Source: an uncultured Candidatus Peribacteria bacterium
Lineage (GTDB): Bacteria > Patescibacteriota > Gracilibacteria > Peribacterales > Peribacteraceae
Length of the DNA: 63,197 nt
NCBI GenBank assembly: GCA_964558895.1
Contig: CAZLFU010000001.1
Coordinates: forward strand, 1 to 63,197
Direction of reading: 5' to 3'
The notes below the pieces were generated by a model. It saw only the letters and a list, made by a program, of their open reading frames with translations, had not been told where the DNA came from and did not search any database. A program made the position numbers and the translations under genes. This document shows positions 1-9,046 of the stretch, piece after piece (the first letter of the stretch is position 1; each line of letters begins with the position of its first letter).

Positions 1-1
1 A

Positions 2-1147
2 GATATCTGTATCCGCGGCTACTGCGTCGAAATCAATGATCAATACGGCGCTGATTTTTCAAATCTGTCACTTTCCACTCTTCCGAGAATAGACGTGCTG
101 ACGCTTTCTGAAGTGAAGTCGCAAATGTTACCAACGCAAACAGGTAGTACGATAGAAGACGAGAGTGGTACCGATACGGAATCGGACACAGAAGCGCAAG
201 GTGGAGATCCTCTGCTCGTCGCTGTTGCTGCATCTATTCCTACCTGCGATGGAATAACAGCGACAATCTATGTAAATAGCAGTGGCAGCATTGTTGGTGG
301 TCCGCAGAATGGACAGGCTTTTAGTGGTTCGCTACTTGGAACCGATGGTGACGATGTGATCGTCGGAACATTCGGAGACGATCGTATTTCTGGTGGCAAC
401 GGAGATGATGTGATCTGCGCCAGTGCAGGTAACGATGAAATAGATGCGGGTGCCGGAGAGGATCTGGTAAAAGGTGGTACGGGAAATGACACCATTCGTG
501 GAGAGCTCGGTGATGACCTTCTCTGTGGTGATGCAGGGAACGATCAGCTGGATGGCGGCGATGGTAACGATACCCTCTGTGGAAGCGACGGAGACGATCA
601 TCTGACAGGTGGTCTCGGGAACGATGAATTGGACGGAGGATCTGGAGTGGACGAGCTCTATGGGACGTCCGGTTTCAATACGTGTATGAATGGAGAAGTG
701 CTTTCCCAGTGCAAAAAAACGAAAATGATCAAAGCTTGCAACAAGCAGCCAGAACAGGAGGTTCCACCGGCAGATGGTGATGGAGATGACGACGGAGACG
801 GAGACGGTGATGGGGGCGGAAACGGCGATGACGACGGCGATGACAATCAGCCTCCTGCAGGGAATGGAGGAGGTGGTGGCGGTGGGGGAGGTGGAAATGG
901 TGGAGGTGGAGGCAGTGGACGGCGCCCTCGGGTTCCGCAGCCTTCTATTACTATTCCGTCTAGGCCCGAAGGAGGTAGTCCAGTTAGTATCCCAGTATCT
1001 ACACCGCTTCCGCCGCCGGTGGTTCCTACCGTGTTGCCCCCCGCAGGAAATGCTGGAACCGATCCAATTGCAGCTTTTGCAGCGTTCGGTTTCTGCCTTC
1101 TTCTTGTTGGCGCTTTATCCTGTGTGAGCTATGCGCGCCGGAAATAG
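2..1147 (+). CDS. RTX-like Ca-binding repeat surface protein with a C-terminal sortase sorting signal (5'-partial; frame is open to the window edge)
   Basis: Tandem GGxGxD-type repeats (GGNGDDVI, AGAGEDLV, GGTGNDTI, GDAGNDQL, GGDGNDTL, GSDGDDHL, GGLGNDEL). Asp/Gly and poly-Gly linker. C-terminus is LPPAGN + hydrophobic helix + RRK. The track start at 95 is GTG, and there is no in-frame stop upstream back to nt 2. Confidence 0.75.
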   Translation, partial: DICIRGYCVEINDQYGADFSNLSLSTLPRIDVLTLSEVKSQMLPTQTGSTIEDESGTDTESDTEAQGGDPLLVAVAASIPTCDGITATIYVNSSGSIVGGPQNGQAFSGSLLGTDGDDVIVGTFGDDRISGGNGDDVICASAGNDEIDAGAGEDLVKGGTGNDTIRGELGDDLLCGDAGNDQLDGGDGNDTLCGSDGDDHLTGGLGNDELDGGSGVDELYGTSGFNTCMNGEVLSQCKKTKMIKACNKQPEQEVPPADGDGDDDGDGDGDGGGNGDDDGDDNQPPAGNGGGGGGGGGGNGGGGGSGRRPRVPQPSITIPSRPEGGSPVSIPVSTPLPPPVVPTVLPPAGNAGTDPIAAFAAFGFCLLLVGALSCVSYARRK

Positions 1148-1808
1148 TGTGCGGTACATAATTGCTCGAGCAACTGCCGTCTGCGTGATAGCACTAGTTT
1201 TTACTGTTGCATTGCCGACGATAGAGCATGTGCTTTCTTCGGCATTGCCGAAAGAAGATGCGATAGTCACTCAAGATACCGCTGAGCCGGAGCAATCCTA
1301 TGGACGAGATAATTTACCGCCATCACCTATTCTTTCAGGAGTGGCAAAGGAGCAGCCGGTTCCCGCGGTGGAGATGCACCTGCAAATCGACCGCCTTGGG
1401 ATTGATGCGCCGGTGGTTCCAGTCGGCATGCGCAGCGATGGATCGATGGATATTCCTGCCGATCCCCTTACTGTTGGTTGGTATACACTGGGCAGGAGGC
1501 CTGGAGAGCCTGGCAATGCAGTGATGGCAGGGCATCTCGATGCACCGGGAGGAGTGCGTGGTGTTTTTTGGAATCTCAAAGAATTACAAGTGGGAGATAG
1601 TATTCTTGTGCGGGAGAAGGGGATCGTACGAGAATTTCGGGTGATTGATCTTCAATCCTTTATCTATAATGAGGCCCCTATGAAAGAGCTCTTTGGAGAA
1701 AATGAACATCAATTTCTACGCCTCATTACCTGTACTGGTGTATGGAATGCGAATGAAGGGATGTATGCAGAGCGTCTGGTTGTTTCTGCAAAAGCTGTGT
1801 CTCAATAG
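1131..1808 (+). CDS. Sortase (membrane-anchored transpeptidase)
   Basis: N-terminal TM helix; catalytic His context 'VMAGHLD'; 'LRLITCTG' Cys motif; downstream 'AERLVV' Arg. Overlaps the substrate gene by 17 nt. Confidence 0.85.
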   Translation: MRAGNSVRYIIARATAVCVIALVFTVALPTIEHVLSSALPKEDAIVTQDTAEPEQSYGRDNLPPSPILSGVAKEQPVPAVEMHLQIDRLGIDAPVVPVGMRSDGSMDIPADPLTVGWYTLGRRPGEPGNAVMAGHLDAPGGVRGVFWNLKELQVGDSILVREKGIVREFRVIDLQSFIYNEAPMKELFGENEHQFLRLITCTGVWNANEGMYAERLVVSAKAVSQ

Positions 1809-1954
1809 GAGATTCTACGTGCGCACGTTTCTACATGTCGAGGCTGTCGTCTTATAAAAGATGCGTGCTTTGTATATTTGGCTTACCAGCTTGCCTCCTT
1901 TTAGAACTAACGACAGCATATCCGGCCATTCAAAGCTTACGTCTTCCTGTAGTA

Positions 1955-1994
1955 CAAAAAAGCAGGATTGACATATTCAATCCTGCTTTTTTTC
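1955..1994. terminator. Bidirectional rho-independent terminator
   Basis: Stem agcaggatt (1961-1969) / aatcctgct (1979-1987), flanked by an A-run and a T-run. Lies between convergent genes. Confidence 0.7.
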
Positions 1995-1998
1995 ACGA

Positions 1999-2589
1999 TT
2001 ACTCAGCGTATCCCCAAGATTGCTGCCAGCTGCGCATTATATCAATTTCGCTCTTTTGGGTAGCAATAATATCCTCTGCCATATCTTTGATCTCTTGGTG
2101 CTTTGCAGACTGTTCTGCTGCACGAGCCATTTCAATTGCGCCTTGGTGATGGGGAATCATGCCCTCTATGAAAGCCTTATCGAAAGCGTCACCAGTTTTG
2201 CCTTTTAACATGGCAGACATGTCATCCATTGACATGCTCATCGCGTCACCACCCATGTGATGAGTAGTACCAGAATCATTTTGATCCATCATTCCTCCCA
2301 TCATTTTTTCCATCATCTGCATGTACATCATTTTTGTCTCAGAATTACTCATCATGCCTACGTCGCCCCATGGTGCTCCTCTCATGCCAATAGTTAGTAG
2401 ACACGCAATTGTCCCAATGACAGCCAGCGTAATACCCCATGTTTTAAGTTGATCTTGATTGAGAGTCTTTGCTGCCCACAAAATAAGCAGGATTACACCA
2501 ACAAAGAAGAGAATGACGGAGAGTACGTGAACTCCCCAAAGGGCAGCAAGGCCTACGCCTGTGCCGGTGCTGTTCATGGTGTGTATCAT
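1999..2589 (-). CDS. DUF305-family protein with N-terminal TM helices and a Met/His-rich segment (copper-associated)
   Basis: 'FDKAFIEGMIPHHQGAIEMARAA' DUF305-type motif. Met-rich tract 'KMMYMQMMEKMMGGMM...HHMGGDAMSMSMDDMSAM'. Adjacent to copA. Confidence 0.7.
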   Translation of the reverse strand: MIHTMNSTGTGVGLAALWGVHVLSVILFFVGVILLILWAAKTLNQDQLKTWGITLAVIGTIACLLTIGMRGAPWGDVGMMSNSETKMMYMQMMEKMMGGMMDQNDSGTTHHMGGDAMSMSMDDMSAMLKGKTGDAFDKAFIEGMIPHHQGAIEMARAAEQSAKHQEIKDMAEDIIATQKSEIDIMRSWQQSWGYAE

Positions 2590-2627
2590 AGAAATAAAGT
2601 GAAAAGAAATAAGAAAAAACAGGAAAG

Positions 2628-4955
2628 TTAGGAACTAATCCGTGCAAAGAACAGGAATAAGGCTGTAAAACTGATTGCCATAATCCAAGGCGCAAAATCG
2701 GAGATCCAGTTTCGGCGCACTGGATGGAAGCCCTTGAGTAGTAGGGAATTTGTGACAACAGCAACGGAACTGAAAGCCATGGCAAACCCCGCAAGTTCTG
2801 GCCGTAGAATAATGTCAAATTGTATGAAGGCTCGTGCAGCGATCGGTATACCTATCGCATTGAAGAAGAGTGCAAAGAACATGTTCTGTTTGATCTTGCT
2901 CACTGTTGCACGGCTCAATTTGATGGAGGTCACAACGTCGCGTAGGTCATTTTTCACGAGCACAATACCGCCTGTTTCCATTGCAATGTCTGTACCGCTA
3001 CCCATCGCAATGCCAAGATCTGCTTGCGCGAGTGCAGGGCTATCATTGATGCCATCACCAACCATCACAACTTTCTTTCCTTGTTCTTGGAGCTTCTTTA
3101 CCTCACTTGCTTTCTGTTCGGGTAGGACTTCTGCTAGTACGTTCTGAATGCCAATACTCGAAGCGATTGCCTTTGCCGTGCGACCGTTGTCACCCGTGAT
3201 CATGTAGACCTCAATGCCCATCTGCCGTAAGCGATCTATTGCTTCTTTTGAGGTTTCCTTTAGCGTATCGGCTACGGCAATGATGCCAAGCACCTTGGTC
3301 GTATCTGCAAGAAGCATGGCCGTCTTTCCTGCTTCTTCCAGTTTCTGAAGCACTGATTCATTCTCTCCAAGAGCAATCTGCTGTTTCTCCATGAGCTTGC
3401 GATTGCCGAGGTAGTAGAGCTTTCCTTCAACAGATCCTTCAACTCCATGTCCGGGTATCGCTTTGAATGCTTCGGCTCCACTCAGCGTGACATCCTTCTT
3501 TTTTGCACATTGTATGATGCTTTCGGCAAGCGGATGCTCTGAGCCTTGTTCTAGACTCGCAGCGATCTGCAGTACCTTCTCTTCGGTACTCTCGAACGCG
3601 AGGATATCCGTGACTTCTGGTTTCCCTTTAGTGAGTGTGCCTGTCTTATCAAAGACAATGGCAGAAATCTTGTTTGCCGCTTCTAAAGGTTCTCCGCCAC
3701 GGATCAAGATGCCATTTTCCGCGCCCTTACCAGTGGCAACCATAATGGCCGTTGGCGTCGCAAGTCCAAGAGCACAGGGGCAGGCAATCACGAGAACGGA
3801 GACAGCGGAAAGAAGGGAGAAGGTGAATCCCGCATCAAGGAACATCCAGATGGCAAAGGTAAGAATGGCAATGCCGATAACCGCAGGAACGAACCATGAA
3901 GACACCCAATCAGCAAAGTCTTGTATGGGAGCCTTCGATCCTTGGGCTTCCTCAACTAATGTAATGATTTGTGCGAGCGCTGTTTCGCTTCCTACTTTCT
4001 CTGCACGAAACTCTATAGAACCGTTGCCATTTATTGTCGCGCCAAAGACACGATCTCCATCTTTCTTTTCGACAGGAATGCTCTCGCCTGTGAGCATAGA
4101 TTCATCAACGGACGTGAGTCCTTTCATCACTATGCCATCGACGGGGATTTTTTCACCGGGACGGACGATGATAATGTCACCGACGATAACTTCCTCCATA
4201 GGTATATCAACTACCTCTCCGTTTCGCAGTACTCTGGCGGTCTTTGCTTGCAGCCCCATGAGCTTCTGAATTGCTTCCGATGTCGCGCCCTTCGCTCGCG
4301 ATTCCAGCCATTTTCCAAGAAGAACGAAAGTGATGAGCAACGCTGCGACCTCAAAGTAGAGATCGTGCATGTCTCCGATGGTCGTTCCTTCACTGAGAAA
4401 ATGCAAAATAAAGTTGAAGAGACTGTAGGCATACGCAGTCGAAGTACCGATCACAATAAGGCTATCCATACTGAAGGTCGCCATTTTCAAACTCGACCAG
4501 AAGCCTCTGTAGAAGCCAGCTCCAAGCCAGAATTGCACTGGAGTTGCAAGAATCAAGGATGCAATACCTGCATACGGCATAAGTACGGACATTAGAGGCA
4601 GTGTTGGCAGGAAGGTGCCGAGCATGAAATACAGCATCGGAAGGCTTAAGACGAGTCCAATAAAGAACTTGTTACGGTAATCAGCTATTTCGTCTTCTCG
4701 TCTCTTTCGATCCATCTCAATACCATGATGACCATGCTCATGTCGCATCTCAGCGCCGTATCCTGCTGATTGTACTGCAGCAATCAGACCTTCCTCGGTG
4801 ACCTGTGCAGGATCGTAGCGAACGCGCGCTTTATTGGCGGCGTAGTTCACATTCGCGTCTTCTACACCCGGCGTCTTTTTGAGCTTACGGGTGATGAGAG
4901 CGCTGCAACTGGCGCAGTGCATGCCGGTGATAGTGAGATCGCATTGAGTACTCAT
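2628..4955 (-). CDS. copA: Copper-translocating P1B-type ATPase
   Basis: N-terminal HMA 'GMHCASCS'; 'CPC' in a TM helix; 'DKTGTLT' phosphorylation site; '[10 protein letters not shown]' hinge. Confidence 0.95.
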   Translation of the reverse strand: MSTQCDLTITGMHCASCSALITRKLKKTPGVEDANVNYAANKARVRYDPAQVTEEGLIAAVQSAGYGAEMRHEHGHHGIEMDRKRREDEIADYRNKFFIGLVLSLPMLYFMLGTFLPTLPLMSVLMPYAGIASLILATPVQFWLGAGFYRGFWSSLKMATFSMDSLIVIGTSTAYAYSLFNFILHFLSEGTTIGDMHDLYFEVAALLITFVLLGKWLESRAKGATSEAIQKLMGLQAKTARVLRNGEVVDIPMEEVIVGDIIIVRPGEKIPVDGIVMKGLTSVDESMLTGESIPVEKKDGDRVFGATINGNGSIEFRAEKVGSETALAQIITLVEEAQGSKAPIQDFADWVSSWFVPAVIGIAILTFAIWMFLDAGFTFSLLSAVSVLVIACPCALGLATPTAIMVATGKGAENGILIRGGEPLEAANKISAIVFDKTGTLTKGKPEVTDILAFESTEEKVLQIAASLEQGSEHPLAESIIQCAKKKDVTLSGAEAFKAIPGHGVEGSVEGKLYYLGNRKLMEKQQIALGENESVLQKLEEAGKTAMLLADTTKVLGIIAVADTLKETSKEAIDRLRQMGIEVYMITGDNGRTAKAIASSIGIQNVLAEVLPEQKASEVKKLQEQGKKVVMVGDGINDSPALAQADLGIAMGSGTDIAMETGGIVLVKNDLRDVVTSIKLSRATVSKIKQNMFFALFFNAIGIPIAARAFIQFDIILRPELAGFAMAFSSVAVVTNSLLLKGFHPVRRNWISDFAPWIMAISFTALFLFFARISS

Positions 4956-5167
4956 AAAGTGGGGAGAATTTTGTATTTTGAATCAAGTGCCTCTATTTCA
5001 GTCGTCCATTTCTGCATATCAAAACTCTCATCGTGATCGAGTGTCACATTCCTTGTCTCAATATCGACATTAACGTTTTTGATAGCAGAAAATTCACTGC
5101 TTACATCTTTAATGAGAGCTGCACACGAAGCGCAGTGAATGCCGGGAATAGAAACGGTTGTTTGCAT
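4952..5167 (-). CDS. copZ: Heavy-metal-associated (HMA) copper chaperone
   Basis: '[11 protein letters not shown]' MxCxxC-type motif; 71 aa; 4-nt overlap with copA. Confidence 0.8.
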   Translation of the reverse strand: MQTTVSIPGIHCASCAALIKDVSSEFSAIKNVNVDIETRNVTLDHDESFDMQKWTTEIEALDSKYKILPTL

Positions 5168-5187
5168 GGAGAAGTAAAGGAAAAGAA

Positions 5188-5457
5188 TTAACGACGAGAG
5201 AGACCGACAACATTCAGTACTTCATTGATGAAGGCCTCCTTGTCTGATGGAGAGGATAACTTCTTTGCTGCACACGTATGCAGATGGCTTTCGAGAACAG
5301 CTGATTGGATATGCTTGATGTGTCCCTGCATAGCGAGAGCGAGTTCAAGGATCTCTGCACAGTATGCATCTTCCTCGACCTGCTTTCGCAGTTTCACGGT
5401 CAGGCCTTCCAGCCGTTTAATCGCATCGAGTGTTTTTTTCTTGGCATCATCTCTCAT
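5188..5457 (-). CDS. csoR: CsoR-family copper-sensing repressor
   Basis: 'LKRLEGLTVKLRKQVEEDAYCAEILELALAMQGHI...LESHLHTC' (DUF156/CsoR Cys-His-Cys pattern). Start moved to the internal ATG at 5457; the track's N-terminal 42 aa read through the promoter region. Confidence 0.85.
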   Translation of the reverse strand: MRDDAKKKTLDAIKRLEGLTVKLRKQVEEDAYCAEILELALAMQGHIKHIQSAVLESHLHTCAAKKLSSPSDKEAFINEVLNVVGLSRR

Positions 5458-5473
5458 GATTGGAGGGGTAGGG

Positions 5474-5496
5474 GGTAGGGGTACTATATCCCTACC
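5474..5496 (-). promoter_or_regulatory. Candidate CsoR operator (7-9-7 inverted repeat)
   Basis: GGTAGGG-gtactatat-CCCTACC lies 17-39 nt upstream of the csoR ATG. It is a GC-rich pseudo-palindrome of the TACCC...GGGTA type known for CsoR operators. Confidence 0.45.
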
Positions 5497-5519
5497 ACTT
5501 CTAATGTCAAAGTAAGTGC

Positions 5520-5666
5520 TTAGAACTTGCCAATGAAAAAGCCGACGATCACGCCGACGAGTCCCATGGTGACTGCAAACCAAGGATTATTTACAGATGC
5601 ATTGGAAGCAGAATGCTTTTGCACAGGAGATTCGTCGGGCGAGTCTTGCCATTTGAGTTGAGCCAT
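5520..5666 (-). CDS. Possible small membrane protein (48 aa, C-terminal TM helix)
   Basis: Internal ATG at 5666, just after the stop of the upstream gene. C-terminal 'WFAVTMGLVGVIVGFFIGKF'. No family recognised. Confidence 0.3.
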   Translation of the reverse strand: MAQLKWQDSPDESPVQKHSASNASVNNPWFAVTMGLVGVIVGFFIGKF

Positions 5667-5680
5667 AAAAAAGAGAGAAG

Positions 5681-7048
5681 TTAGATCACGGTAAAGGAAC
5701 CTCGCACCATGCCCATGGAGCACATGAAGGCGAGTGTGCCGCGCTGCGGCGCAGTGAATTCAATAATATTTTCACCACTACGAAGTGGCTTAGAGATATT
5801 TAATGAGGGAATGGTGAGGATACTTGTACAGCCGTAGGCCTCTGTTCCATCAATCTTCCAACGGACTGGCACACCCGCTTTTATGGTGAGATTGCTTGGC
5901 TCGTAGTATCCGGCTTCTACCCTCATCGATACCTCCTGGACATCGCCGACCGTTGTCGGTGCAGGCGCGTTGCCTTGTTGATTGCTCGTGGCAAACACGT
6001 GAGACAGGTCAATACCTGTAAGTGCAAATCCGCTATGCAAATTGAAGAGTGCCAAGAGCAGTACGAGCGAACCAGAAAAGCGCAGGAATAACCGAGAGAA
6101 GTTGCCTGTAGCAGTTGAAGATATTGCACTGATTCCAATGAGAGACGGCAGTGTACCTAGGGCGAAAACGAACATGGTCATGGCTCCTGTAATAAAACTT
6201 CCCGAAGCCAAAGCAACAAGTTGTAAAGATTGTGTGAACCCACAGGGGAGGAAAAACGTGAAAGCACCAAGCACTAAAGGCGCTGCAGGATGGTCGCTCT
6301 CCGAGAGATTAGCGATCCAGCGTGAGAGTTTCTTTGGCGGTCTTAGCGGAAAGCTACCCTTTGGAATGACTTCAAGGATAGAGAGGGCAAGGTAGAGCAT
6401 GATCAGAGCCACGGCGATATTCAAGTAGCCCGTCATGCGTGTACTTAGCGTGATGGATTGCCCAAGAGTACCTACAAGCCCACCAAGGACGAAATACGAA
6501 GCTAGACGACCAATATTGAAGTGCAGAAGGGGTTGAAATTTCTGCCAAGGTGTCTCTGCCTGATGCAGTTCGTTATGTTTTGCGGCTAGTGCAAGTAGCA
6601 GGCCTCCTGTGACTGCAAGACAACTACTTGTGCCTGCGACTAGACCGATCAAAAGGACACCTCCAAGCGATAGAGCGCCAGAAGTAGATGGTGCAAGCGA
6701 AACAAGATCGAAAGCTTGAAGCAGTTTGTAGCCTGCAAAAATAATGAGAAGTGCAACACCAATTTCCATCCATTTCCTCTTATCGGGCGAGAGCGTAGTG
6801 ATGGACGGCGCATTTTCATCAATGATCATATAGCCAGCCTTTTCTATTGCGGCGGTAATGCGCTCAGCACTCGGGAGCTGGTCTGATTTGGCTGTGATAC
6901 GGGCAATTCCAGTTCTATGGCTGATGTCCACGTCTTTGATGCCTGGAATAGCTTTGAGCTTTCTTTCAAGCAGCAGCTCGCAACTGGCGCACGTCATTCC
7001 GCCTATACAGACTGTGGCATACCGTTCTTTTGGAGTATTTTCTGACAT
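5681..7048 (-). CDS. Fusion protein: HMA domain + polytopic DsbD_2/TauE-like membrane domain + C-terminal cupredoxin-like domain
   Basis: 'GGMTCASCELLLERKL' HMA motif; about 6-7 hydrophobic helices; C-terminal beta-rich domain ending 'LAFMCSMGMVRGSFTV'. Confidence 0.7.
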   Translation of the reverse strand: MSENTPKERYATVCIGGMTCASCELLLERKLKAIPGIKDVDISHRTGIARITAKSDQLPSAERITAAIEKAGYMIIDENAPSITTLSPDKRKWMEIGVALLIIFAGYKLLQAFDLVSLAPSTSGALSLGGVLLIGLVAGTSSCLAVTGGLLLALAAKHNELHQAETPWQKFQPLLHFNIGRLASYFVLGGLVGTLGQSITLSTRMTGYLNIAVALIMLYLALSILEVIPKGSFPLRPPKKLSRWIANLSESDHPAAPLVLGAFTFFLPCGFTQSLQLVALASGSFITGAMTMFVFALGTLPSLIGISAISSTATGNFSRLFLRFSGSLVLLLALFNLHSGFALTGIDLSHVFATSNQQGNAPAPTTVGDVQEVSMRVEAGYYEPSNLTIKAGVPVRWKIDGTEAYGCTSILTIPSLNISKPLRSGENIIEFTAPQRGTLAFMCSMGMVRGSFTVI

Positions 7049-7107
7049 GATGCGTAAGGAAGAAAAGTAAAAAGCGTGACGAATATCCGCACACGCGAAG
7101 TACTTTT

Positions 7108-7491
7108 CTACTGTCTAAGGACTATGGTTCTAATTCCTGTTTCAGGCGGTGGTCCCTCTGCAGTGAATTGCCAAGGGGGTTGATTAAGAATCGACTCAGG
7201 TAGTGTAACCAGCAAAACACTCGAAACTACAGGGGTTCGTATTTCAATAGTCATGCTTGATGACACCGATGTTTCTGATTTATGAGCAGACAAGCAATGT
7301 CCTGCATCACATGATGTCTTCTTTTCGGATTCATGCTCTTTATGGGGACAATCGTCACAATCTTCGTGCATCGAACTCACGTTTTGCATTGACAGTTCTA
7401 CTGGCATAGCATTTGCGATGGGCATCGTGCAGAAGCTACCGATGACAGCGTGAAGTCCAAAAGCCAGTGCAATCAGTTTTTTCTTGAACAT
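7108..7491 (-). CDS. Secreted Cys/His-rich protein (possible metal binding)
   Basis: Signal peptide 'MFKKKLIALAFGLHAVIGSFCTMPIANA'. 'HEDCDDCPHKEHESEKKTSCDAGHCLSAH'. Last gene of the copper cluster. Confidence 0.5.
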   Translation of the reverse strand: MFKKKLIALAFGLHAVIGSFCTMPIANAMPVELSMQNVSSMHEDCDDCPHKEHESEKKTSCDAGHCLSAHKSETSVSSSMTIEIRTPVVSSVLLVTLPESILNQPPWQFTAEGPPPETGIRTIVLRQ

Positions 7492-7651
7492 TTCACAGTG
7501 ATTATAGCGTATATTCGGAAATAATGGAGATATTGCTTTCGATGGTTTCGAGCCTCGTAATTTCAGATCAAAATTGGGAGATCAAATGGAAGAAACCCTT
7601 TGATGTAGTGGCAAAAACTACTAAAGCCAAGATGGGTAAACCGAAGTCTGA

Positions 7652-7805
7652 AATTGGCTCCGAACATTGAACCAAGCGAGAACCGAAATTAAGGACAATT
7701 GGGAAAGATTAGAAACAGCCTTTTCTTTGCCGCACAGAGCCGTAGCTTGATTGTTCTCCGATCCTGTTTTTTACAAAATGACACAAACGTGTCATGGTGA
7801 AGGCG
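7652..7805 (+). repeat. att-like module copy 1 (orphan 31-codon tail + hairpin)
   Basis: TGG at 7655 through TGA at 7748-7750 encodes WLRTLNQARTEIKDNWERLETAFSLPHRAVA*. Hairpin ATGACAC/GTGTCAT at 7778-7795. An in-frame TGA lies two codons upstream, so there is no gene body. Confidence 0.8.
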
Positions 7806-7849
7806 TGCTGGAATAATCTTCCATCCATTGCACACTAAATTTACCCTTT

Positions 7850-8272
7850 CTATTTCGCGTCAAAATCAATCATCCATTCAATGCCATATTTGTCTCTAAA
7901 CATTCCAAAATAGGAACCCCAAGGACTGTCAGCCATAGGCATTTCTATTGTTCCACCTGCTGAAAGTCCGTTAAAGAATTTGTCTGCTTCTTCTTTGCTT
8001 TCTGCACTGATTGAAATTTTACTTCTGTTTTCATTTTCGTTTACCTTCCCCAAAATTTCTGGAATGTCATTTGCTATTAAGATGTTTTTGCCGATAGGCA
8101 AAGCAATCCGCATTATTTTATTTTCCTCATTTTCTGCGACCGGAAATTCGGGGCTTGCTATGTCTTTGAAACGTATAATTTTTGCGAACTCTCCACCAAA
8201 TACTGATTTATAAAATGTAAATGCTTCTTCTGCATTTCCGTTGAAGTTAATCCAAGGATTGATAACTACCAT
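7850..8272 (-). CDS. VOC/glyoxalase-fold protein (PhnB-like)
   Basis: 'INPWINFNGNAEEAFTFYKSVFGG...MPMADSPWGSYFGMFRDKYGIEWMI' is typical of the PhnB-like family. Start set at ATG 8272 (the track start is GTG). Confidence 0.7.
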   Translation of the reverse strand: MVVINPWINFNGNAEEAFTFYKSVFGGEFAKIIRFKDIASPEFPVAENEENKIMRIALPIGKNILIANDIPEILGKVNENENRSKISISAESKEEADKFFNGLSAGGTIEMPMADSPWGSYFGMFRDKYGIEWMIDFDAK

Positions 8273-8326
8273 AATTTTTATGGTAAATAACACCTAACCA
8301 AAGTGCAAGTTATTTATGGTCGTACA

Positions 8327-8480
8327 AATTGGCTCCGAACGCTGTACGAAGCGAGAACCGAAATCAAGGAGACATGGCAAAGACTCGAAAGTGCATTTTC
8401 ACTGCTACACAGCGCCGCAGTTTAGCGTTTTAGCGATATCGAATTTCAAGAAATGACACGAAAGTGCCATGGTGCAGACA
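8327..8480 (+). repeat. att-like module copy 2
   Basis: TGG at 8330 through TAG at 8423-8425 encodes WLRTLYEARTEIKETWQRLESAFSLLHSAAV*. Hairpin ATGACAC/GTGCCAT at 8453-8470. Confidence 0.8.
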
Positions 8481-8596
8481 TATCTTTTTTAGGGATGTAT
8501 CTATCTTTATATGCTTTCTATTTGATCGCTGAAGCCGTTATAGCAATGTGAAACACATTATTTACAGTAGAAATTAATGTGGTAATATACACAATA

Positions 8597-9046
8597 ATGA
8601 AAACGCCGAATAACATCTTTGTATACGGCTCAATGCTATCTCCTGAAGTTGTTAAGGCGATAACAGGCGAGGAGGGTATTTCTGCAAGCGACGCATGTAT
8701 TAAGAACTTTGCGCGTAGAAAGCTTAAGGACAGAGATTATCCAGCAATAATTCAACACGAAGGCAGTATTGTAATTGGGAAAATTTTGCATGAGGTTCGT
8801 GAAGACTTAGTGCAGCTAATAGATACGTTTGAGGGTGATGAATATGTAAAAAAGGAAGTAAGAGCTGTACTCAGCGATGACTCTGAATTAAGTGCATTTG
8901 CTTATGTATGGAATGGTGACCCTGCAGATGTTCGTAATGAAGATTGGGATTTTGCGCATTTTGAATCACACAAATTACGCACTTTTCTTTTGCAAACTCT
9001 GGATATCATGTCGGGCAATCCATTAAAAGAACATTACAATGATTGA
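8597..9046 (+). CDS. Gamma-glutamylcyclotransferase-like (AIG2/GGACT family) protein
   Basis: 'NIFVYGSMLSPEVV', 'YPAII...GSIVIGKIL', 'LIDTFEGDEYVKKEV' match the AIG2-like fold pattern. Start at ATG 8597. Confidence 0.55.
   Translation: MKTPNNIFVYGSMLSPEVVKAITGEEGISASDACIKNFARRKLKDRDYPAIIQHEGSIVIGKILHEVREDLVQLIDTFEGDEYVKKEVRAVLSDDSELSAFAYVWNGDPADVRNEDWDFAHFESHKLRTFLLQTLDIMSGNPLKEHYND

Noticed and set aside
774-1127. 117-aa alternative-frame ORF in the Asp/Gly-rich part of the RTX protein
   Set aside because: It is a frame-shifted reading of a low-complexity repeat. The RTX frame carries the sorting signal and is coupled to the sortase.
2734-4595. Long opposite-strand ORFs inside copA (137, 268, 208 aa); similar shadow ORFs inside ileS, rel, alaS and the ArnT-like gene
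   Set aside because: They are antisense to genes with unambiguous motifs and have biased low-complexity composition, so they are shadow ORFs.
7524-7670. 48-codon ATG ORF ending inside module copy 1 (…SEIGSEH*)
   Set aside because: Its frame is not the conserved frame of the modules. The equivalent frame in copies 2 and 3 gives unrelated peptides.
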